A DNA stretch of 64,000 nucleotides from contig DATIID010000001.1 in assembly GCA_035480035.1 (NCBI GenBank), positions 457,323-521,322 on the forward strand. Direction: 5' to 3'. Shown one piece after another: positions 25,219-34,854 of this stretch (position 1 is the stretch's first letter; the number at the start of each line of letters is the position of its first letter). The translations under genes and the position numbers were made by a program. The DNA comes from Candidatus Saccharimonadales bacterium. GTDB lineage: Bacteria > Patescibacteriota > Saccharimonadia > Saccharimonadales > OMJO01. The notes below the pieces were generated by a model. It worked only from the letters and a program-made list of their open reading frames with translations. It searched no databases and was not told the origin of the DNA.

Positions 25219-25248
25219 TTGAATGAAAAACTGGTTATGGCTTATACT
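25219..25248 (+). promoter_or_regulatory. candidate promoter of pilB (short or no leader)
   Basis: TTGAAT (25219-25224), 18 nt, TATACT (25243-25248). ATG 25259 lies 10 nt downstream with no SD. Confidence 0.45.
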
Positions 25249-25258
25249 TAATCTAACA

Positions 25259-27076
25259 ATGCGTATATCTGATACTTTGGTGGAAAAGCTATTAGTTACT
25301 GGTGGTTTGGTTAATGCTGAACAACTTAAGAATTTACATAATCAGGTAGCTAACGAAAAGAAGCCATTTCAAGATATTGTAATCCAAAATAATGTTATTT
25401 CTGAGAAAGACCTAACAAAACTCTACGCCGCTGAAATTGATGTACCGTTTATCGAGCTTAATGCTAAAGAAATTAAGCGTGATATTTTGAAAAAAATCCC
25501 TGAACGGATTGCTCGCCAATATCGCGTAGTGTTGTTTGGTGTTGATAAAGACGACTCTAAGCTACTGGCTATGGAGGACCCCGATGACATTCAAGCGCTG
25601 AACTTTCTTCAGAAACATCTTGGTGATCAGATTAAAGTTTTCTTGGCGACCGGTAGTGCGATCCAATCGGCTTTAGAGCTATACCGCGGTAATATCGGCA
25701 GCGAATTAACAAAGGTCATGGAGCCAGAGTCTGATGAAGAAGCGGCTGAGGAAGAGATTGACGAAAACGATTTAGCTGAAGATTCGCCAATTGCCCAAAC
25801 TGTTAATTTAATTATTGAGTACGCGATTAGTGCCGGTGCCAGCGACATTCACATTGAACCGCGCGAAGACAATGTGATTGTGCGCTACCGGGTTGACGGT
25901 ATTTTGCGCGAGGCCAATAAACTGCCTAAGAAAGTCCACGGCGCTCTAGTGTCGCGTATCAAAATTTTATCAAATCTAAAAATCGATGAACGCCGGGTAC
26001 CGCAAGACGGTCGATTCAAAATTCAAGTTGGTGGTACAGTTTACGCCTTAAGAGTATCGACCTTACCAATTGCCGAGGGCGAAAAGGTGGCCATGCGTAT
26101 TTTGAATGAGTCAAGCAAAGCATCGGAACTTGGTGAACTTGGTTTTTGGGGTAGTTCGGGAGCAGCTATTAAAGAAACAATCCAGTCGCCACACGGTATG
26201 ATTTTAGTCACTGGACCGACCGGTTCGGGTAAATCGACAACTCTGTTTAGTATATTAAGCATCCTGAACAAACCATCAGTTAACATCTCGACCGTTGAAG
26301 ACCCTGTCGAATATAAAATCCCGGGTGCTAATCAAACCCAGGTTAATCCAAAAGCCGGCATGACCTTTGCACTTGGCTTACGGGCGTTACTACGCCAAGA
26401 CCCAAACATTATCATGGTTGGCGAGATTCGTGACCTGGAGACAGCTGATTTAGCGGTTCAGGCAGCTTTAACCGGTCACTTAGTGTTTGCCACCCTACAC
26501 ACCAACAATGCCGCCACTTGTCTGCCACGGCTACTAGATATGAAAATCGAGCCATTTCTGATAGCTAGTACTGTTAGAGCAGTGGTTGGCCAACGTTTAG
26601 TTCGACGTTTGTGCGTTGAATGTCGCGAGAGTTATCAACCAAATGACGCTGATATGAAGCTAATTAATAATATTTTTGGAACTAGCGACCCGACTATAAT
26701 GAAACGAGTTCATGAGCTGGAAGAGCAAGCTAAGACCGACGGCATTGGCAATGCTAACCCTTCAAAGCAACAGAAAAAACCATCGGATGATAGTCTAGGC
26801 AGTACTAGTACTGGCATCACTCAACTTTGGCGAGCCCACGAAAATGGTTGCGAAGTCTGCGGCCACACCGGCTACAAAGGTCGTATCGGTATTTATGAGG
26901 TACTGCCCAGTTCTAGTGAGATTCAAAAATTAATTGTTAGCAATGCAACCAGTGATGTATTGCAGAATGAAGCCGTTAAAGACGGCATGATTACGATGCA
27001 GCTTGACGGTTTTATAAAAGCTTTGCGTGGTCAAACTACGGTTGAAGAAATTCTAAGAGTAACGGTTGAAAAATAG
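25259..27076 (+). CDS. pilB: type IV pilus assembly ATPase PilB (GspE family)
   Basis: It has an N-terminal T2SSE_N-like domain, Walker A GPTGSGKST, MVGEIRD, the His box GHLVFATLHTN and a tetracysteine site (CVEC...CEVC). Confidence 0.9.
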   Translation: MRISDTLVEKLLVTGGLVNAEQLKNLHNQVANEKKPFQDIVIQNNVISEKDLTKLYAAEIDVPFIELNAKEIKRDILKKIPERIARQYRVVLFGVDKDDSKLLAMEDPDDIQALNFLQKHLGDQIKVFLATGSAIQSALELYRGNIGSELTKVMEPESDEEAAEEEIDENDLAEDSPIAQTVNLIIEYAISAGASDIHIEPREDNVIVRYRVDGILREANKLPKKVHGALVSRIKILSNLKIDERRVPQDGRFKIQVGGTVYALRVSTLPIAEGEKVAMRILNESSKASELGELGFWGSSGAAIKETIQSPHGMILVTGPTGSGKSTTLFSILSILNKPSVNISTVEDPVEYKIPGANQTQVNPKAGMTFALGLRALLRQDPNIIMVGEIRDLETADLAVQAALTGHLVFATLHTNNAATCLPRLLDMKIEPFLIASTVRAVVGQRLVRRLCVECRESYQPNDADMKLINNIFGTSDPTIMKRVHELEEQAKTDGIGNANPSKQQKKPSDDSLGSTSTGITQLWRAHENGCEVCGHTGYKGRIGIYEVLPSSSEIQKLIVSNATSDVLQNEAVKDGMITMQLDGFIKALRGQTTVEEILRVTVEK

Positions 27077-27078
27077 CC

Positions 27079-28293
27079 ATGCTGTTTAAGTACACGGCTG
27101 AAGCGAAAGACGGCAAAACCCAACAAGGTACAGCTGAAGCCGTTGATAAGGAAACTCTGTTATCAAATCTACACAAGCAGGGTCTACGGCCACTAGTGGT
27201 CAAAGCTAATTCCGGTGCGCCAAGCAAAAAAGCTGCCGGTCATCGAGTCAAGTCCAAAGAGTTAGTAGTGTTTACGCGTCAACTATCAACCTTGGTCAGT
27301 GCCGGCGTGCCGTTGACTCGATCATTAACTACCCTACAAACCCAAACTGAAAGTAAGAATTTCAAGGCTGTGATTAGTGGTGTCATTAAAGATGTTGAGG
27401 GCGGCTTATCACTTGGTGACACGTTCGCTAAATATCCTTACGCTTTTTCCGAGGTCTACATCAACATGGTTAAGGCTGGTGAAGCTGGTGGTATATTGGA
27501 TGAAATTTTAAAACGTTTGGCCAGCCAACTCGAACAAGATGCCAGTGTGCGTAAAAAAATTAAAGGCGCCATGACTTATCCGGTGGTAATTTTGAGCATT
27601 ACGGTGGTAGCATTCTTTGGCATTATGACTTTTGTTATCCCTAAAATCGGTAAAATTTTACACGATTTAGCAGGACCCGGTGCCAAACTGCCAATTTATA
27701 CGCGTGCTCTATTGGCAATCAGCAGTTATTTGCAGCATTACGGTATTTTTATAATAGCTGCGTTGGCTGTTTTAGTGTTCTTTATCAGACGTTATATTAG
27801 TACCGATGCCGGCAAGTACCAGTTCCATGCTTTGCTGCTTAGAGTGCCAGTAGTTAAGGTGGTAATTACCAAAGTTGCCATCGCCCGATTTGCACGGACT
27901 TTTGCGGCACTGATGTCAGCTGGAGTCAGTGTTTTAGATGCTCTGGAAGTGACCGGTGGGGCCATTGGCAATAAGGTTATTGAAAAGGAATTAAAAGAGG
28001 CGGCCAAAGCTGTCAAAAACGGCAGTACATTATCGCAACCGATCAGCCAGAGCAAACATTTTCCACAAATTGTCAGTCAAATGTTAGCCGTCGGTGAAGA
28101 AACTGGTCAACTCGATACTATTCTAGTTAAAGTAGCTGACTTTTATGAAGAAGAGGTCGATGTATTAGTCGATGGTTTAAGCTCAATCATTGAACCATTA
28201 ATGATATTGGTACTCGGTACTATTGTCGGCATTATTGCAGCAAGCGTAATGGGACCGATTGCGGGCCTTAGTAAAAACATTGGCTCCAACTAA
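27079..28293 (+). CDS. pilC: type IV pilus platform protein PilC (GspF family)
   Basis: It has two T2SSF repeats, three TM segments, and lies immediately after pilB. Confidence 0.9.
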   Translation: MLFKYTAEAKDGKTQQGTAEAVDKETLLSNLHKQGLRPLVVKANSGAPSKKAAGHRVKSKELVVFTRQLSTLVSAGVPLTRSLTTLQTQTESKNFKAVISGVIKDVEGGLSLGDTFAKYPYAFSEVYINMVKAGEAGGILDEILKRLASQLEQDASVRKKIKGAMTYPVVILSITVVAFFGIMTFVIPKIGKILHDLAGPGAKLPIYTRALLAISSYLQHYGIFIIAALAVLVFFIRRYISTDAGKYQFHALLLRVPVVKVVITKVAIARFARTFAALMSAGVSVLDALEVTGGAIGNKVIEKELKEAAKAVKNGSTLSQPISQSKHFPQIVSQMLAVGEETGQLDTILVKVADFYEEEVDVLVDGLSSIIEPLMILVLGTIVGIIAASVMGPIAGLSKNIGSN

Positions 28294-28301
28294 ATCAGCC
28301 C

Positions 28302-28329
28302 TTGACCGTTTAGCGCTTACGGTTATAAT
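28302..28329 (+). promoter_or_regulatory. strong promoter of the major pilin gene
   Basis: TTGACC (28302-28307), 16 nt, TATAAT (28324-28329). It is followed by a ~55-nt leader ending in an AGGAGGG SD. Confidence 0.6.
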
Positions 28330-28390
28330 CATTAGTTAGATCCAATAAGGTCTTCATTAAAATAACAATTACATAGGAGGGTGGGCTCCA

Positions 28391-28846
28391 ATGGTCTCAC
28401 TACATAGAAAACAACGTGGTTTCACAATCGTGGAACTATTAATCGTGATCATCGTGATCGGTATCTTGGCGACACTTGTCTTGGTAACCTTCACCGGCGT
28501 ACAACAAAAAGCACGTAACACGCAACGACAAACAGATATTAAGGCAGTGGCTAGCCATCTTGAGGCTTACAATGCCAACAATGCCGAATATCCAACTTTG
28601 GCAAATATGAACGATGCTGCATGGGTAGCTGCCAATTTGAAAGGTCTAGATAAAGAGTCAACTCGCGATCCTAATGGCACGCTTTACACTTTTGCGGGAT
28701 CATCTACATCGAATCAGTATGGTTATGGCCCAACTAAAAGTGACGGCACAGCTTGCGACAACACCACCGGTAACGAGTGTGCTAAGTTCACACTCACTTA
28801 CAGTGAAGAAGGTGGCGCCCAGAAGACTGTAAACAGCCTTCAATAA
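28391..28846 (+). CDS. pilA: major type IV pilin
   Basis: It has the prepilin leader MVSLHRKQRG|FTIVELLIVIIVIGILA (the G-F-T-x-x-E class III signal), its own promoter and its own terminator. Confidence 0.88.
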   Translation: MVSLHRKQRGFTIVELLIVIIVIGILATLVLVTFTGVQQKARNTQRQTDIKAVASHLEAYNANNAEYPTLANMNDAAWVAANLKGLDKESTRDPNGTLYTFAGSSTSNQYGYGPTKSDGTACDNTTGNECAKFTLTYSEEGGAQKTVNSLQ

Positions 28847-28862
28847 AAAGGTTCTAAAACTT

Positions 28863-28890
28863 AAACCGGGCTAAACTAGTCCGGTTTTTG
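28863..28890 (+). terminator. rho-independent terminator after the pilin gene
   Basis: AAACCGGGCT-aaact-AGTCCGGTTTTTG. Confidence 0.75.
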
Positions 28891-28907
28891 TATAATTAAG
28901 CATAAGC

Positions 28908-29357
28908 ATGAAAAAAGCTTGGCGATCATCTGAATCTGGCTTCACAATAGTCGAAATACTATTGGCTTGTATAATTTTCCCTCTGATCGTTTCTGGTATG
29001 ACGGTTGCTTTTAATGCAGTTACCCAGCAATACAAGTTAGCCAAACAATATAACGAAATGTATGCCGTTTTAAGTGCCTGCCCAGAAATTGACCGCGCAT
29101 TGGAATATACTTCGTTATCCAACGGTACTAACTGTTTCCCGAACAACACTTTTAAGGCCGAGGGTGGTAGTGGTCTGACAATCACTTATAGCCCAACTGT
29201 AACAGTGACCGATACAACATCACTCGGTTCAACTGACCCCTTAAAGTCTACGCCTGACTCCAAAGTGGTCGCCATTAGTGTACCCTTCCTTCAAAGTAAC
29301 GCCCCAGCCCTACAACTAAGGATGTTAATTACCCGAAATGGGATTGGCCAATTATGA
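28908..29357 (+). CDS. minor pilin / pseudopilin
   Basis: It has the N-terminal SESGFTIVEILLACIIFPLIV prepilin-type motif. TATAAT (28891-28896) lies 11 nt upstream of the ATG. Confidence 0.7.
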   Translation: MKKAWRSSESGFTIVEILLACIIFPLIVSGMTVAFNAVTQQYKLAKQYNEMYAVLSACPEIDRALEYTSLSNGTNCFPNNTFKAEGGSGLTITYSPTVTVTDTTSLGSTDPLKSTPDSKVVAISVPFLQSNAPALQLRMLITRNGIGQL

Positions 29358-30130
29358 GAAATCGGCAAGGTGGCTTCACTATTCCAGAGCTAATAGTGGT
29401 TTTAGCTGTTAGTTTGGCATTGTCAAATTTAATTATCTTTTTCGGATTTAACTTTTGGCGCACAGCAGCGCTACAACAGGCTGATCAAGACACCCTTATA
29501 AGTCGTTTAAATGCCGGTGATTTGCTACGTGAAAATCTAGGCGAATCATCGGGCTTGATCATTCAAAATGGTTTGCCTGATAGTAATACTCTAAATGCCG
29601 ATCCCAACCAGGCTGGTGGGCAATATTGGGTACCGATTCACGCGATTCCGTCTCATGTTTTGGTTGGCAATAGCGGTACTACTACACCGTTACTTTATTT
29701 TCGTAAATATAGCGTCAATACTTCCAAAAATATCATTTTAAATGGCACTGTGCCCTATGAAGATGAGTTTGTGCTTTACCTTAACGGTACTAGTAAGCAA
29801 TTATTGATGCGTTCAATTGCCAATACCAATGCTCCAAATAACCGTTTGCTTAGTAGCTGTCCACTAGCGATTGCTTCATCGAGTTGCCCGGCCGATAAAG
29901 TTGTGGCCGACAATGTGGCCTCAATTGATAGTCGTTACTTTTCGCGTAATGGTACACTGCTCGACTACAGCTCTTCAACCGATCCGAATACTGGCAACTA
30001 TAACGGGCCGGATTTTCCAGTAGTTGAGGTTATTGAGCTTACTATCAATCTTCAGGTTAAAGCCGCTTTAGAACATACCAATTCAACTCAGAATAGCACG
30101 GTAATAAGAATTGCTTTGAGGAATAGCTAA
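29354..30130 (+). CDS. minor pilin / pseudopilin
   Basis: It has the RQGGFTIPELIVVLAVSLAL prepilin motif and a 4-nt overlap with the previous gene. Confidence 0.7.
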   Translation: MRNRQGGFTIPELIVVLAVSLALSNLIIFFGFNFWRTAALQQADQDTLISRLNAGDLLRENLGESSGLIIQNGLPDSNTLNADPNQAGGQYWVPIHAIPSHVLVGNSGTTTPLLYFRKYSVNTSKNIILNGTVPYEDEFVLYLNGTSKQLLMRSIANTNAPNNRLLSSCPLAIASSSCPADKVVADNVASIDSRYFSRNGTLLDYSSSTDPNTGNYNGPDFPVVEVIELTINLQVKAALEHTNSTQNSTVIRIALRNS

Positions 30131-31552
30131 ATGAATAACGACATCAATCAGCGTCAAAATGGATCAATATTGGTTTCAATTTTAATAACAACTGTGTTTT
30201 TAGTTAGTTTAATTTCCAGCTTAATGGTTCTATCGAATGCGACTTTGGTACGAGCTCGTTCTAGAGTGTTGCTGCTTCAAGCTCAATATTCCGCTGAGTC
30301 TGGTGTAGATGCGGCTATCGCTCAGTTAAATAATGGCAATGATTCCTATGCCGGAAGTGGTAGTGAGGTGACTGTATTGACCGCCACAAATTATCGTTCG
30401 ACTTTTGTGACTACCGTGGTGGCCGGTTCTAATAACAAAGAAAAAATTATTACTAGTACAGGTAAAGTTTACCGACCACTTGGTGATACGACACCTTCAT
30501 TTACCCGAAAAATTGAAGTCATTGCCCAGAAAAGCACCTCTGAAACAATTTCCTCAGTTTTATCGCGTAACATTATTGACATTGCCAGCGGCGTTAAAAA
30601 CATCTGGAGCATTGATATCTATGCCAACGGCTATATTAATATGAATAAAAACACTACCAATTTAATTGCTGAAAACATTACCGTCGCCGGTAAGAACACT
30701 GGCGCTTCTAACTGTTCAATCGGCGGAGCCGGTAATTTGCTAAAACCAACTTCGTTTTCACATGCCGGTCAAACTAAAACGAATATTATAACTGCTTTCA
30801 ATAACTGCATGAACCCGCCCGGGAATTCGAGTAATAGCGATTTTAACGTAACCGCTAATTCATCAGTTAGTACAGTCGCTTCCACATTTATACCTTGGGC
30901 TCAGTATATGGATAGTTCTTACACATCAGGCAACTGCAGTGACTGGACTGGTAATGGCACCCATAATATCCCATCAACTAATGGTTCCAAACAAACTCAA
31001 TATCCAGATAGCGGTTCAAATGTATCTTCGTCATGTGGCACAGCAGGTAATTTAAGTTTGAATGGTACTTTTAACATAAACGATAATGTTCATCTGCGCG
31101 CTAACTTGTGCGCTACTTCAGCCTGTGACGTAACTTTTAACAATTCTAGTTCAACCATGCGTTTTGTCTTCATTGAAGGTACGATTAACTTTCAAAGTAT
31201 TCAAACCTCCAATAACAGCGGACCAATTGTATTAATCACTTACGGCGCTGACCCCAATTCTCACGGTAGTGCCTGCCCCAGTACTGACGGCGATTCCATT
31301 TATCTTGGTCAACAAGGCAATACCAAAACCATAGCCCCAGCAATCTATCTTCTGGCCAAAAATGGTTTATGTGTTGACGGCACCAAGTTTGATAACACCA
31401 ATCCGTCACTAGGTGGTATGTCCGGCAAAAATTTATACATTGCCGCTAATCCGGGCAATCCTTACGACCTGAAACTTGATCCTAGTTTCCCGGTTAGCCA
31501 GATACCAATTGATTTAGCTTGGCGAGCTGTTCGATACCGACGGATTACCTAA
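30131..31552 (+). CDS. PilX-N-like large pilus-associated protein (possible tip/adhesin), N/S/T-rich
   Basis: The N-terminal QRQNGSILVSILITTVFLVSLISSLMVL hydrophobic segment resembles the PilX N-terminal domain but lacks the GFT-E motif. The remaining 440 aa are Asn/Ser/Thr/Cys-rich. Confidence 0.55.
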   Translation: MNNDINQRQNGSILVSILITTVFLVSLISSLMVLSNATLVRARSRVLLLQAQYSAESGVDAAIAQLNNGNDSYAGSGSEVTVLTATNYRSTFVTTVVAGSNNKEKIITSTGKVYRPLGDTTPSFTRKIEVIAQKSTSETISSVLSRNIIDIASGVKNIWSIDIYANGYINMNKNTTNLIAENITVAGKNTGASNCSIGGAGNLLKPTSFSHAGQTKTNIITAFNNCMNPPGNSSNSDFNVTANSSVSTVASTFIPWAQYMDSSYTSGNCSDWTGNGTHNIPSTNGSKQTQYPDSGSNVSSSCGTAGNLSLNGTFNINDNVHLRANLCATSACDVTFNNSSSTMRFVFIEGTINFQSIQTSNNSGPIVLITYGADPNSHGSACPSTDGDSIYLGQQGNTKTIAPAIYLLAKNGLCVDGTKFDNTNPSLGGMSGKNLYIAANPGNPYDLKLDPSFPVSQIPIDLAWRAVRYRRIT

Positions 31553-31615
31553 AATGCCTTGCCTGTACAAGGGTAAGTATCTGATATACTTGATAGCATA
31601 AGCGTCATTAATGCT

Positions 31616-32692
31616 TTGATGGGTAGCATGGATAATACGTATTTCTTTAAAGACAAGCCGTTATTTGGTCTAGATATAGGTTTCAGTAGCTTAAAGGTTA
31701 TGCAGCTGGATACTAGTTCCAAAAAAACGGTCATTAAGGGTTATGGCACGACCAACTTTGATCCGACTGCGATTGTAGATGGTCTAATTAAGGAACCCGA
31801 CCTCCTGGCTCAAGCGACTTACAGTTTGTTTGAAGGCAATATAGTTGGCCAAATTGATACGCGTCGAGTTGCTATAGCCATACCGGCTTCTCGAACTTTT
31901 ACTCGTACTGTACATCTGCCAAAGTTAAAAACCAAGGACGTCGGCGAAGCTATTCAGCTTGAGGCTGAGCAGTATATACCAGTACCGTTGGAAGAACTTT
32001 ACATGAGCCACTCAGTTATCGAGCAAAATTCCGATGAAACAGTGGTATTGGCGGTAGCCGTACCGAAAAGAATTGTTGACTCATATATGGACTTAGCTAA
32101 GATTTTAGGTTTGGAAGTGGTCGCGATTGAAACCACAATTGCATCGTCGGGGCGATTGTTTAACCAAGCCGAGCGTAACGATTCGCCAACGGTGCTGGTT
32201 GACTTTGGTTCGGTTACGACTGATATCACAATATACGACAATACATTAGTGGTCACTGGTAGCGTAGCTGGTGGCGGTGATAGTTTTACAAATATAATTT
32301 CTCGGTCTTTAAGCGTAAACCGTGCCGAAGCCATGGTTATTAAAACAAGGTATGGCTTGGGCGTTAGTAAAAAACAAGGTGACATCGTTGACGGCTTGAC
32401 GCCATTTTTAGAGCAACTAGTAAAAGAGATTAAGCGTATGATTCGTTATTACGAAGATCGTAACAATGATAAAAAACGTAAGATTGCTCAAATCGTTACT
32501 ATGGGTGGTGGCGCTAATTTACCAGGTTTAACTGAATTCATGACTAGTAATTTACGCATACCAGTGCGGATGTGTGATACTTGGCAAAATATTAGTTTCA
32601 ACGAACTGCCAAGACCAGAGCAAGCTGAAAAATCAATGTTTGTCACGGTCGCTGGACTTGCTTTGCTCAAGCCAAAGGATATTTTTTCATGA
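31616..32692 (+). CDS. pilM: type IV pilus assembly protein PilM (actin-like ATPase fold)
   Basis: FGLDIGFSSLKVMQL..., the length and the position upstream of pilN/O-like genes all fit PilM. Confidence 0.8.
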   Translation: MMGSMDNTYFFKDKPLFGLDIGFSSLKVMQLDTSSKKTVIKGYGTTNFDPTAIVDGLIKEPDLLAQATYSLFEGNIVGQIDTRRVAIAIPASRTFTRTVHLPKLKTKDVGEAIQLEAEQYIPVPLEELYMSHSVIEQNSDETVVLAVAVPKRIVDSYMDLAKILGLEVVAIETTIASSGRLFNQAERNDSPTVLVDFGSVTTDITIYDNTLVVTGSVAGGGDSFTNIISRSLSVNRAEAMVIKTRYGLGVSKKQGDIVDGLTPFLEQLVKEIKRMIRYYEDRNNDKKRKIAQIVTMGGGANLPGLTEFMTSNLRIPVRMCDTWQNISFNELPRPEQAEKSMFVTVAGLALLKPKDIFS

Positions 32693-33279
32693 TTAACTTG
32701 TTACCGACGGACGTTTATCAATCGATTACTTTTGCTCGTCGTAATACCCGTTTAGTCGATTGGATTTTGGCAGTTTTGGGCGGAATAGCCATAATTATAA
32801 TTATTGTCATTTCGGGTTACTTTGTAATCAACCGATCGGCTCGCGACTACCAAAAACAAGCTGACTCTTCCGAACAACAACTTAAAATAGAGAAGTTGGA
32901 TGAAACTCAAGCTAGAGTTAAAGATATTAGTGCTAGCCTAAATTTGGTAGTTAGTGTTCTAAGCAAAGAAATATTATTTTCTAAACTACTCCAACAAATT
33001 GGTAGCGTTATGCCGCCCGGTTCATCATTGGCCGGCTTGAGCATTAGCAAGGTTCAAGGTGGTCTAGACTTGAGCGCCGTGGCCAAAAATTACCAGACTG
33101 CCACACAAGTTCAACTTAATCTGCAAGATCCCAATAATAAAATATTTACTAAAGCCGATATTGTAAGTGTATCCTGTTCCAGCACTAGTAGTGATGTTAA
33201 TTATCCCTGTCAGATTAACCTGCGGGCGGTATTTGCCAAGGATAATACTTTCTTATTCATTAATTCGGCGGGGTCATGA
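32689..33279 (+). CDS. pilN: PilN-like bitopic protein
   Basis: MINLLP..., a single TM and a coiled coil. It has a 4-nt overlap with pilM. Confidence 0.65.
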   Translation: MINLLPTDVYQSITFARRNTRLVDWILAVLGGIAIIIIIVISGYFVINRSARDYQKQADSSEQQLKIEKLDETQARVKDISASLNLVVSVLSKEILFSKLLQQIGSVMPPGSSLAGLSISKVQGGLDLSAVAKNYQTATQVQLNLQDPNNKIFTKADIVSVSCSSTSSDVNYPCQINLRAVFAKDNTFLFINSAGS

Positions 33280-33908
33280 TGAACAGTAAAAGAGTCTATT
33301 ACATACTGGTCGGTACTTTAGTGCTTCTTGGTTTTGGGGCAACTGCTAGTGTGATACTTGGTAATAATTGGCTAGAGAATCAAACCAAAAATTTGGTTAA
33401 GTTAAAGCTCGATAACAAGATTTTGGATGATCAGCAAACCGCTCTGGTGCGAGCTAATAGTGATATCACTAAATATGCTGACCTTGAAAAAATTGCTAAA
33501 ACTATAGTCCCGCAAGACAAAGACCAAGCCAGGGTAGTCCGTGAAATAGTTAATATTGCGAATGGTGACGGGATTCCGATCCAATCAATTAGTTTTCCAT
33601 CTTCTACTTTAGGACAGTCTGTTAGCTCATCTAGTTCCAGCAGTTCAACTTCATCAACCATACCTAAAAGTTCTGGGCTTAGTCAGCTTAAAGCGGTGAC
33701 TGGCACAACCGGTTTATACGAACTGGAAATTACCGTCCAATCCGACACTAATAAGCCTGTGACTTATCCTCAACTGATTAATTTTCTATCACAGCTTGAG
33801 CAAAATCGCCGTACGGCACAAGTCAACGGTATAACCGTTACGCCAAACACTGTTAATCGAAAGTTAATTACCTTTTCATTAGACATTAACGTATTTATAA
33901 AGCCATGA
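33276..33908 (+). CDS. pilO: PilO-like bitopic protein
   Basis: It has a single TM, a coiled coil and a C-terminal ferredoxin-like region, and fits the operon context. Confidence 0.55.
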   Translation: MMNSKRVYYILVGTLVLLGFGATASVILGNNWLENQTKNLVKLKLDNKILDDQQTALVRANSDITKYADLEKIAKTIVPQDKDQARVVREIVNIANGDGIPIQSISFPSSTLGQSVSSSSSSSSTSSTIPKSSGLSQLKAVTGTTGLYELEITVQSDTNKPVTYPQLINFLSQLEQNRRTAQVNGITVTPNTVNRKLITFSLDINVFIKP

Positions 33909-34204
33909 AGATAGATATTGAAAAAATTATTGCTAAAGTTACGCCTTGGCTTGAAAAGTTCAAACGCTACATGGTATTTAGTTTCATTCTGGGCTTTTTA
34001 TTAATATACAGCTTTTTGGTACTACGTATTAACCTTCTGATAAGCAGCGAGCCGAGTCAAGATGATTACAATAGTCGTCTACATAATGTTCAGCGACCAA
34101 AGATTGATAAAAATGCATTGAATAAAATCCAAAGCTTACAAGATCAACACATTCAGGTTCAAGCCCTGTTCAAACAAGCTCGAGACAATCCATTTAGCGA
34201 GTAA
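33905..34204 (+). CDS. small bitopic membrane protein at the end of the pil operon
   Basis: It has a 4-nt overlap with the pilO-like gene and one TM (MVFSFILGFLLIYSFLVL). Confidence 0.45.
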   Translation: MKIDIEKIIAKVTPWLEKFKRYMVFSFILGFLLIYSFLVLRINLLISSEPSQDDYNSRLHNVQRPKIDKNALNKIQSLQDQHIQVQALFKQARDNPFSE

Positions 34205-34846
34205 TCAAGTCTGGCCACCAAGACCTGGAACATTTAGCAAGTCATTAGCTCGTTTAGCAACTTCAGGGTTTTCGTTAATAAAGCGTTGCCGGGCATCAAG
34301 TAAAATTTTGGCGTAGTTTTCTGGTTTTGGACAGTACTGAAAATGAAACTTATTAGCTTGTTCGCCGGCAGTTTCAACTTTTAGAGTGCCGAAGCCAAAT
34401 ATTTGGGCGAAAAAACCTTGTTGCTCGGAAGAAATATCCTCGATGTTAGCCATCGATAAGCCTGATACTAAGGTGCCGAAAATACCGTTACGCAAAACCT
34501 GGGTAATGCTATCGTCTGTGACTACCCAACGGTTCTGACGGTACAAGGCTGTGCCAATAAGTAGTATCAATGCAGAAAAGGCCGCAACTACGACTGCCGA
34601 AATAGATAACAACATCTCCGTATGCTGGAGTGTAGTTGCATTGGCAAAGCTTGGTAGTAACAAAAATACTAAACCATAACTCAAGCCAAGTCCGAACATC
34701 ACGCCTAAGTACTGAACGACTAAGCCAAAGGGGTGACGTCGAATGATAATAATAATGTGGTTGCCGGCTGGTATTTCTGGGTCAACTATTTCTTCAGTTT
34801 GTGGATTCGGTTTAGGTATATCTGACGTTGGTGCAGTTGGTTGCAT
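34205..34846 (-). CDS. bacterial PH-domain (bPH_2/YdbT-like) membrane protein
   Basis: IIRRHPFGLVVQY precedes two TM segments, followed by a C-terminal bPH-like fold (FGTLKVETAGE...FHFQYCPKPENYAKIL). Confidence 0.55.
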   Translation of the reverse strand: MQPTAPTSDIPKPNPQTEEIVDPEIPAGNHIIIIIRRHPFGLVVQYLGVMFGLGLSYGLVFLLLPSFANATTLQHTEMLLSISAVVVAAFSALILLIGTALYRQNRWVVTDDSITQVLRNGIFGTLVSGLSMANIEDISSEQQGFFAQIFGFGTLKVETAGEQANKFHFQYCPKPENYAKILLDARQRFINENPEVAKRANDLLNVPGLGGQT

Positions 34847-34854
34847 AAGCTGTA

